A stretch of 64,000 nucleotides of DNA from Nitrospirota bacterium (GTDB lineage: Bacteria; Nitrospirota; UBA9217). Shown one piece after another: positions 43,117-51,941 of this stretch. Position numbers and translations under genes: made by a program. The DNA is taken from positions 2,048,001 through 2,112,000 of the forward strand of contig CAWFSF010000006.1 of the NCBI GenBank assembly GCA_963818475.1. Direction: 5' to 3'. The notes beneath the pieces were generated by a model. That model was not told where the DNA came from and made no database searches. It was given only the letters and a program-made list of their open reading frames with translations. Position 1 is the first letter of the stretch; each line of letters begins with the position of its first letter.

Positions 43117-44101
43117 CGGTCCTCCCGTATTCCTTCGAGAATTTCGAAAAATCACGAACATCCACTTTGCCTCCCGTGTCAGCCACGAAATCATAATCCG
43201 GGTTGTAGATGCCGTCATCGCGCGTGGTCCTGTATTGGGCCTTGAATGCTGCAAAGTCCTGGTCGTCGACCTTCCCATCAAGGTTGCTATCGGCAAAGAA
43301 GCCCGGCACCGGACCGACAATCGAAACGAGCGAGCTGTTCTGCGGCGCTTTCCTGTAATGGACCAGGGTGGCAAGATTTCCTGCCCGATAGATGCGCAGC
43401 GTGATCGTTTCATTACCCGCTACAATACTATTCGAGCCGTCGTCACCGAAGAGATTGTTCAGGTCCAGCATGCCTTCCGGAGAGACCGCTCCGTCACCGA
43501 CAAATGCGCTGATCGGATACAGGGAAGCCTCCTCTTCAAGGACGACCAGATCGCCTAAACCGGGCTCGGCTGCCGTGTCTGAGGGCCGGATATATACGGG
43601 AAAAGTCACGAGATCATTTGCAAGTGCCTGAACCATGCCGTTCACGGGACGATACAGTACAATGTTCGAGGCGGTGGTTACCTGCTGGAGCGCCGAGTAG
43701 CTGACGCTGCCGGGATTCAGCGAATCTCTCGTAACGGTCCTGACAGAATAGGTTGTCGCAGGCAGAACGCCCGACACGCGAACCTTGACGATCCCCTTTT
43801 CCCGTGCTGCCTGCGCAGCCTTGCTGATCGCCGCCGGCATCGGCGTAATGAGTATTCCTTCGGTCAACCGCTGCTGCAGAGAATTATCCGCATACACCTC
43901 TACCGACGGATCGGCAACGACATCGGTCATCCAGATTACGGAAAAAGAGGAAGGTGTGACATCGCTGACACGGACAGCGCTGGTTTCAGGAACAGCGTAA
44001 ACCGGCGATGCACACATACAAAATGCCAGATAAAGAATGAGGCTTGCGAAATGAAAATTGAAGGACTCCCCTATTCTCTGCTTGCATGTCAATCTTTTCA
44101 C
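43106..44101 (-). CDS. Secreted FN3 protein with C-terminal dockerin-like domain
   Basis: GTG start coupled to the upstream stop; signal peptide ...PVYA; FN3 VRVSDVTPSSFSVIW; two Ca-loop repeats ADSNLDGKVDDQDFAAFKAQY and DFVADTGGKVDVRDFSKFSKEYG. Confidence 0.8.
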   Translation of the reverse strand: MKRLTCKQRIGESFNFHFASLILYLAFCMCASPVYAVPETSAVRVSDVTPSSFSVIWMTDVVADPSVEVYADNSLQQRLTEGILITPMPAAISKAAQAAREKGIVKVRVSGVLPATTYSVRTVTRDSLNPGSVSYSALQQVTTASNIVLYRPVNGMVQALANDLVTFPVYIRPSDTAAEPGLGDLVVLEEEASLYPISAFVGDGAVSPEGMLDLNNLFGDDGSNSIVAGNETITLRIYRAGNLATLVHYRKAPQNSSLVSIVGPVPGFFADSNLDGKVDDQDFAAFKAQYRTTRDDGIYNPDYDFVADTGGKVDVRDFSKFSKEYGRTDVQ

Positions 44102-44929
44102 CGCACACCTCCCGGGCAGGTCGGGCATGCCCCTGTTGTCTGCTGTTTGCGCAACTTCTCAGAAATCGTTGCCTCATATCCGCCGATCAGGTACCTGACA
44201 TCGTCTTTCGTACTCTGCAGTATCCTGTTGGTATATCCCTCAGCATCATCCGCAGCCGCAAAGATCAGGACCACAGGCAGCGGCTTCAGCATTTTCGCTG
44301 CAAGGTCCTTCTTTTTTCCCGTGCCCGCCAGCATGCTCTTCAGCTTTTCGACCCGTTCATCGAGGGTTTTGCCGGGAACAGGTTCGCTGTGTTGACTGGG
44401 CTGCTGCTTTTGTTTCTTTGCATCGCGCAGATCGTATACCTTCATCGGCACCGAACTGGCAATCGCCCATTTCAGGTCGGCGGCGGTCACTCCGCGGTCT
44501 GGCTCTTTGGTCTCGATAATCGGGAGGCCTTCTCTCTTCCATCCGGCAATCCCGCCCTCAAGCACAGACACCCGTTCATGCCCCTTTTTCACCAGCACCT
44601 GCGCCGCTTCACGTGCCGACTTCTGGCCGAGAGCATCATCAATGAGAATGAGCACCTTCTGCGGTGGAAATTTCTTGTGAATAAGAACGTCCGACGGAAT
44701 ATTGACCGAGCCTTCGATGTGGCCGGTTTCATAATTCGAGGCAGCCCGAACGTCTATCAGCCACAGGCCGCTCCCTTCGTTCATATAATTCATCACCCGC
44801 TGTCCGTCGACCCATTGCCAGCCGGTGGCGCGTGAGCGACGTCTCCAATGAGCAGAAGGGTTGTCATGCAAAGCAGCTGCACATTCAAAATTAGAAATTT
44901 AAAATTAAGATTTTCATTTTTGTATCCAT
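44098..44929 (-). CDS. Secreted rhodanese-like protein, probably non-catalytic, with C-terminal CPTC (N-terminal frameshifts)
   Basis: LIDVR...YETGHIEGSVNIP...LEGGIAGWK; active-loop position reads IDD (no Cys); second degenerate domain (YDLRD...YLIGGY). The signal peptide is reconstructed from ATG 44929. Confidence 0.75.
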
Positions 44930-45022
44930 AAAAAGACGTCAGCCGCAGTTCACCGAGAAGACCGCAAAAAAATTATATCATTGTCCAGATTTCCAAACGC
45001 ATTTAGATTCGTTACTGATTTG

Positions 45023-45072
45023 CCCCTCACCTTTGTCCTCTCCCCAGCGGGGAGAGGGTAGGGAGAGGGGGG
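45023..45072. repeat. REP-like CCCTCACC...CTCTCCC..GGGAGAGGG palindrome (intergenic)
   Basis: CCCCTCACCTTTGTCCTCTCCCCAGCGGGGAGAGGGTAGGGAGAGGGGGG. Confidence 0.7.
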
Positions 45073-45205
45073 ACTGTAACAATATTTAATTCGTTTGCAT
45101 TAATAAACATAAGACTAAAGTTGACTTCTAAATCAAAAAAAATATATTCGGGCCCCTCGTTTTTGTTCGTGCTTTGCCCACTCCACAAGCCGCACTGGAG
45201 TGGAG

Positions 45206-48200
45206 TTAGGGTTTCCACCCATCCACCCGGTTTTTCATGATAACGATCAGTCCGTCGCCATGGTTGAGCACGAAATCGGCGCCTGCGGCGGACACATTCC
45301 CCAGCAGCTCGCGACGCACAGCAGCCGTCTCCCAGAGACCCGTCTGGTTGTTGAATCTCCGCACACTCTGTACATTATCGAGACCGATTGACTCGAGCAG
45401 GGTGTATGCCGTGTATCCGTTCGGGAGGGTGAGCATTCCGATGTAATTCGTGCCCGGAAGCAAAGTATATAAACCCGTTTCGCCGCTGTCGGCGACCTCC
45501 AAAGAACCGCTGTTTTCGGCATACAGACCGATTGCCATGCCCTTTTGCAGCGCAATATCTGCACCCGCTGATGTGTCCATGAAGGTCCCGTTCTGGCTGC
45601 TGTAAGCCACGACCTTTTCAATCCCGATCCCGTTTGAATTCGCTGCTATCAGCGAACTGGTCGTGGGATATGCTCCGGCGAATTTGTTCCCTACCGCAAT
45701 GAGATTGAGTCCGGGTTTGATCTCCACCGCAAGGGGAACGGCTTCCACCTGGAAAGGCGACCAGTAGATCCGGCTGATACCATCCCGGTCGTCCTGCCAG
45801 GCCAGCACGCCGTTCCCGAGCGCCGGTTCCTCCTGCCGGGCGGGGTTTGCCGTGAGCAGCGCCCCGAGGCCCGATTGCGCGTCAAAAAATGCAAGGTTCG
45901 GGTTGTCGATCCCTGCCTCGTAGTCCGTGTAGACGACGACCTTCTCCAGCACGGTCGCCTGTGAATGATCGCCAGCGCCGTAGGTCACCCGTATCTCACT
46001 GTTCGGCGCGGGCGAGTAATAGATATCTCTCTGGTTGTTCCTCTGATCTGTCCAGACAAGGGCGTTGCCGGAAAGTGAAGGCAGCGTCTGGTTGTAACTG
46101 TCCACGGTGTACCGTACCTCCGGTCCGCTCGTCAGATCGTACGTATAGATCTCCCCGAGGCCGTGCCGGTAATCTTCCCAGCTCAAACTCGTGCCTGCCA
46201 GGGCCGGATGCATCTGGTCCCGCACATGACTGATCATCTGCGTCTGATTGTGCGTTGTAAGATGGTAGGCAAAAATGTCCCAGTTCCCCTTCCGGTCATC
46301 CTGCCACGCAACCCAGTTTCCTGCGACAACAGGCCGTTCCTGGTTGCCTGCATCGTTGCAGATCAGGAATTCCTGATTCGTCGTCAGATCATAACCGTAG
46401 ATGTCCCAATTGCCGTTCCGGTTGTCCTGCCAGACAATGATGTTGCCGTCGATGGCCGGGTACTGGTGGTCTGAAGAATTGGCAGTGACGGCAACTGAAG
46501 AAGAACCTGCTGACGTATCCTTGGTATATATCTGCCAGGCGCCGCTCCGGTCATCCTGCCATACAACGCGCGTACCCGAGATCCTGGGATGCTGCTGCGC
46601 GCCCGCGACATTCGGGTCAAGCGGCTGTCCCGTGAACCAGTCAGCCACCGTGATCGGGATCGTTCGTGTGGTCGTATGGCTGGTGGTTGGACTGCTGTCG
46701 AGCCCGTCGGTAACGCTCAAACGAGCGGTATACGTGCCGGTCGGGACGAGCGTTCCAACCGAATCCCTGGCGTCCCACGAGAGAACCGCCTCAACATCTT
46801 TGGTCAATGCTGTTTTCAGGGTCCGGACGACCGCTGTCGGGGAATAGGTTTCTCCTTTTGCGATATCGATCGTTGCCTGGAGTGCGCTCTGGTCATCGGT
46901 GGCCTTGACCGCGAAGTTCGTTGTCCGGGCAGCTGCAATCCCTCTCGGGGCATAAGGCGAGATGGTGGAGGGCGACGCCTGGAAGGTAAGGACCGTCGGG
47001 GCGTTATCGTCAACCACGATGGTCGCTGTCTTAGTAGTTTCCGTGTTCCCTGCCCGGTCCACGCTGTAGTATTCAAGCGTATAGGTCCCGGGATCTTCAA
47101 TAGTGAATGGATAGGCCGGGATAAAATCTTCATCTATCCCCGTAACCTTTTCGAACATCTGGCCGACGCCGCTTCCTTCGTCATTGTCCGTTCCAAGGAG
47201 AACGACCCTCGTTGCGGTCGTGATGTAGTACGTCGGATCTGTTCCGGTCGCAGGTCCATCAAAGATAACTCGCGTGCTCGGCGGGAAGGTATCTTCCGCA
47301 GGCTGAGTGAAGACGAGTTTATACGTGCCGGGGGCGGAGGCATCGGCCCGATAATCAAGTAAGTTCAGGCTGAATATCTGCTTATAGTTCGTGTCCAGGC
47401 CTTCCTGTATCCAGAAGTTGTTCGGATCGAGGTGAACACCGTCTGCCCGCACCACGTCGAGCAACGTGAGCATCCCCTGCGCCGGATCAGGGAGCCGCGC
47501 ATATAGCCATCCGGTCGTACCTGTCTGGAGCGACACCAGGACCTCCGGTGCTGATGGCGTGGGCCGTGCCGGAGGCGTCACCACCTGCATAACAGCGACG
47601 GGAGAGCGGGCATCGTCGGTTTTTCCCGTATTGCCAGGTATTTCGGATTCAAAGATCGAGTCCGGCAGACGATCTGTGTTTTTGGTCAGGTCCGTTGAAT
47701 AAGCGAGAAAATCAAGCCGGCTGTCACGGCCCGGCAGGTTCACCTTGACCCGGTGCGTCAGGTAGTGAGTATTTGTTTCCTTAAGAAGCGATGTAAGCTC
47801 GCCTCCGAGTTCGGAATCATGAGAGAACGTCGCCTTGAACTCGGTTATCCGGCCGCTCAGCGTCGAGATCATCTCCCAAAAGGCCGTCGCGATCTTCATG
47901 CTGTCGAGGGTCCCGATGGAAACGGTGAGCGATGGGGAAACGGCGCTGTCGTTGACGGCGGATCCGATAAGCTTGAAGTCTACGAGCAAACCCTGCTCGT
48001 TCTCGACGATCTTCGGCTGGGCTGATTCGATCTTGAGGTTGATCGCAGGTCCGTAACCGTCATTCAAAACGCGGACAGCCAAAGGATACGGGATCGGAGC
48101 TTCAACCTGGGAGGTAAAGGGGTTGTCCCCGAGCACTTCGTAGGGGGTGAAATAATCAAGAACAAGCTGCGCTTCGGGTTTTACGATGATCCGGTCGGGA

Positions 48201-48668
48201 TTCACGGTAACCACTTCCTGTTTGCCGGCAACAGTGTACGTCAGTGTTGCGCCCACCCAGTATATCTGGCCGGTCGATACTGTTCCGCCTGCGCCGGGCG
48301 ACGGAATGATCAGCCAGTGAATTTCTGCCGCGGTAGCCGCCTTCACTGTTCCCGTGCCGTCCACTGCCGCGATGTTTTGCACTGATGAAACCCGGGTGAA
48401 AAAAATGGGATTTTGCCACTTTCCCTTCGTCGTCCTTGATGGTCACATCTACGCGGATATTGGTAAGGTCCTTGTCGGGAACGTTGTTGGTGATGACCAT
48501 TTTCGCGTCGAATGCGATCCGTTCGAGAGTGAGTTCCTGGAGAATCTCTATTTTGACCTCGGAACAAGCTCCTATGGCGCAGGAGGTGCGGGGCGCAGCA
48601 AGGAATGATAGGACAAGCGCCGCGAATATGAGAAGCAGATTACGATATTTTCTTTTTTTAGCGTCCAT
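45206..48668 (-). CDS. Large secreted protein: conserved beta-rich N-domain + Ig + FlgD-Ig + beta-propeller (frameshift near 48400)
   Basis: Signal peptide MDAKKRK...TSCA; CSEVKIEILQELTLERIAFDA; FlgD-like LSWDARDSVGTLVPTGTY; repeats Q..P.I.G..(I/V)VWQD.R.G.WDIY (Methanosarcina-type surface propeller). Confidence 0.8.
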
Positions 48669-48827
48669 ATTCCCTTCCCTGCTGTAAGTTAGCCTCAAAG
48701 ACTCAATGAAATAATTTTTTCTGCCGCTATGCTTTATCCGTGTCCGATCGGTGCTCATCGTAGGGCTAACCCGATACTACATCTCTCTCATTCCGTACTC
48801 TGCATTCCAAATTCTGCGGTCTGATCG

Positions 48828-50183
48828 CTACTCCGAGAGTTGCCGCAGCACTTCGGCACCGGTTGAAGTGGCCATTGGTGTATCCAACCCTGATCCATTC
48901 ACCATATAAACAAACGCTATTTTTTTACCATCCATCCGATCGATGTATCCGGCAAGGCTATAGGCGTCGGCTACTTGTCCGGATTTCACTCGAATACGCT
49001 CGGACCGGTATCCGAAGTCCTGTAATCTTCCATCCATTCCCGGCCTCGACAGACTCTCATAGAAAACATTGAACCACGGTTTGACCGTTGAAACTTGCAG
49101 AAACGTGACCATCTGCTCGGCTGAAATCCGGTTCCTGTTTGAGACACCGCTACCATCAGCGATCACGAGTCCGCCTAGCTGGACACCCAGTTCGCTCAAA
49201 AAACTGTTTACGGCCCGGATTCCCTTTTCCTGAGTACCGGGAGCTCCGTATGCTAGAGCTCCTAGTAAGAAAAGCATATTGTCTGCCGCAACATTCAAAC
49301 TCTGTTTATTAGTGTCTCTGATCAATGCGTTAACGTCATACGAGCTTACACGAATAACTTCACTCGCGTGAGAAGGCAGAATTCCTCGTTTGGTCACTCC
49401 AGAGACCATAATTCCTTGTTTCCTTAGCAGTGTTAGGAAAGCGCCTGCTGCATAAAGTGCCGGATCGCGCAGCGAAAAACGATCGTGAAAAGCGGGAGTA
49501 TTCCCTACCTCGCCTGTTATTTCATAAGTAAGATCGTCGATCTGGCGTATCCTCAGTTTATTGGATGGATTAAGACTGACCTTGACCGCGTCATTCATTG
49601 GATCGACAACGATACGCTCTCCTTCAATTGCAATTGAAACTGTGTGCAGATCGAGACCTAGGGCAGATGGGACTCCATATGCAGGCCCGGCATATTTGCC
49701 GTTCCATCCCTTCACATCGAAGAGCGAATCGTCGACGATTACATCTCCGGCTACTTCCTTGATGCCCAATGACTTTATTTTCCCTACCGCGGCAAGCAAA
49801 TCTTTGGTCGAAAGCAATGAATTGCCGCTTCCTTTTATAATAACGTCTCCATGAAGCTTCCCACTTGAAATGCTTCCATGAATTGAGATGACGGTGGAGA
49901 AATCGACTGCTGAGCGGCTATTTTGCTCAAGAAGCGCTGCAGTGATAAACAACTTTAAAAGCGATCCGGGGATTAAAAACCGATTTTCTGCGTTTCCCGC
50001 ATGAATCACTTTTTTTCCTGATGCGATGTCTACTGCGGCTAGTGACCATTCTGTTTTATCCGAGAGTCGCGCTGCGACTCTGATCTTGAATGCCGAGCGC
50101 TTGTACAGAAAAAGAAACATCGACTCCTTCGTTGGCTCGTAGCAAAGAGGGAGCCAAGAGAATGAATAAGGCACAAAATACAC
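48828..50183 (-). CDS. dacB: D-Ala-D-Ala carboxy/endopeptidase, peptidase S13 (PBP4)
   Basis: SxxK (PGSLLK), SxN (SLN), DGSGVS.RNRIS and KSG motifs. Start uncertain. Confidence 0.85.
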   Translation of the reverse strand: MYFVPYSFSWLPLCYEPTKESMFLFLYKRSAFKIRVAARLSDKTEWSLAAVDIASGKKVIHAGNAENRFLIPGSLLKLFITAALLEQNSRSAVDFSTVISIHGSISSGKLHGDVIIKGSGNSLLSTKDLLAAVGKIKSLGIKEVAGDVIVDDSLFDVKGWNGKYAGPAYGVPSALGLDLHTVSIAIEGERIVVDPMNDAVKVSLNPSNKLRIRQIDDLTYEITGEVGNTPAFHDRFSLRDPALYAAGAFLTLLRKQGIMVSGVTKRGILPSHASEVIRVSSYDVNALIRDTNKQSLNVAADNMLFLLGALAYGAPGTQEKGIRAVNSFLSELGVQLGGLVIADGSGVSNRNRISAEQMVTFLQVSTVKPWFNVFYESLSRPGMDGRLQDFGYRSERIRVKSGQVADAYSLAGYIDRMDGKKIAFVYMVNGSGLDTPMATSTGAEVLRQLSE

Positions 50184-50207
50184 TGGTTCTCGCTCGCTTC
50201 ATTAGAT

Positions 50208-51086
50208 CTATTTCTTCTTTCTTAGTTCCGTTTCGATAATTGTCTCAAAACCATGCAAACTGCGGTCCTTCAGCTGCTTACCGTTTACAAAAATGGTAGG
50301 TGTGCCGTGCACGCCTGCTTGATTGCCCTCGGCAAGATCCCGGCTGATCAGTCCCTGAACCGCCGGGCCGTTCATGTCTTTACCGAACTTATCAAGATCA
50401 AGGCTCAGTTCCTTGGCGATATCCATAAATTTTGTTTCGCTCAGGCCTGACAAATTTTCAAATATCTTATGATGGTACTCCCAGAACCTTCCCTGTTTAT
50501 GAGCCGCAAGAGCTGCGGTTGCAGCCGTACGCGAAAGCTTGTGCATCGGAAGCGGAAAATTCTTTTCGACCAGTTTGACCTCTTTGGGATATTTCTCCAG
50601 CACCTGCTGGAGTAGCGGATCGAGCCGCGCGCAGAATGGTCATTGGTAATCGCTGAAGATCGCTATGGTCACCGGCGCGCTCTCAGGCCCTTTAAAAGCC
50701 AGTCCGCTCAAGTCGAATTTCTGCAGTACTTCCACACTTATGAGTCTGATCGTTTTTGTGGTACTGCTTGAAAGCATAAGAGTGTTTGCATTCGCCTGGG
50801 AGGAGTTAGAAATCCGATCGAACGATTTATCCACCGGGATTTTGCTCAGCACTTTGTCCTCGGCAATGGAATAGACCGTTATTTCTCCGGGTGTGAGAAT
50901 ATATGCCGTCTGCCCGTCTGTCGATAACGCCGTATCAAGCGGCGCGGCTTCTACGGTGAGCTGCTTTTTGAGCGTCCATTCCACTTCTGCAAAAACAAAC
51001 TGCGGCAGGATTAAAAGCACAATAACGGCAACTAAGAGTATGTTCAGGCTATTCATTCTATTTTTTAATGATCCTGTAGACTGCAC
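50208..51086 (-). CDS. DsbA/thioredoxin-family selenoprotein (in-frame UGA = Sec in UPFC)
   Basis: ORFs 50640-51086 and 50208-50603 are in the same frame, separated only by TGA at 50640-50642: APVTIAIFSDYQ-U-PFCARLDPLLQQVLEKYPKEVKLVEKNFPL...GVHGTPTIFVNG. Signal peptide present. Confidence 0.88.
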
Positions 51087-51175
51087 AACAACTCCTCCGA
51101 ATGTTTATTAAGTTCAAACAACACCACACGGCATACAATAATATCCTTAACATCCCTAGTCACTTGAAACGAAAT

Positions 51176-51889
51176 TCACTTCTTGACGCCCTTAATTTTG
51201 GATTGATTCAATATGTGATATATTTTTTCTCGGTTTTTTTCCTCGATTACTTCAGCCCGTAAACAAACATGTTCAAAAACAGAACGCCCTGCTTCGTCCT
51301 TTATCTCGACTGAAGCGCCGCTGTCTATTAACAATTTGACAATTTTATAATTGCACATCGCGGTAGCATGCATTAGTGGCGTCCATCCGTATGAACCTTG
51401 CAAGTTGACATTATGACCATTAGAAATAAGACTCTGAATCAGGTTGATGTCTCGGCCGTAAACAGCTTTTATCAGCTCTGGTTCTTTAGCAGGATCGAAT
51501 GATGCAGGTAAAGTCTCTAGCAACCGTGCCTTATCCAGCAATTTTACTATTGCCTGCTTTACGTCTGGGCTAGCAGTTTTCGGGTTAACGCATATATAGT
51601 TATATACGGTGAATCCTTTATTATCTATAACATTTACTTTTCCGCCATTGTTCAACAGAATCCTAGTTATTTCCAGATCACACTTAGCTGAGGCATGCAT
51701 AAGCGGAGTCGACCCATATTTATCTTTTAAATTTACATTCACACCCATTTCTAGTGCTTTTTCAACGTATTTGACATTACCTTTATCTATTGCTTCAAAC
51801 AATTCGGCGTCTTTACCTGCCCAACTCATGTTAGAGCTCCCTAGGCACATTATTATTAGCACCTGATATAATATTTTCTTCAAATACAT
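51176..51889 (-). CDS. Secreted ankyrin-repeat protein, candidate immunity protein
   Basis: Signal peptide ...SNMSWA; two duplicated ankyrin blocks (GSTPLMHA, GWTPLMHA), each with a Cys pair; AT-rich; directly downstream of the toxin-like C-terminus. Confidence 0.85.
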   Translation of the reverse strand: MYLKKILYQVLIIMCLGSSNMSWAGKDAELFEAIDKGNVKYVEKALEMGVNVNLKDKYGSTPLMHASAKCDLEITRILLNNGGKVNVIDNKGFTVYNYICVNPKTASPDVKQAIVKLLDKARLLETLPASFDPAKEPELIKAVYGRDINLIQSLISNGHNVNLQGSYGWTPLMHATAMCNYKIVKLLIDSGASVEIKDEAGRSVFEHVCLRAEVIEEKNREKIYHILNQSKIKGVKK

Positions 51890-51941
51890 TTATTAATCTC
51901 CTCGTTTATCATCTTTAGATTGTTTATATCTTTAATTAAAT

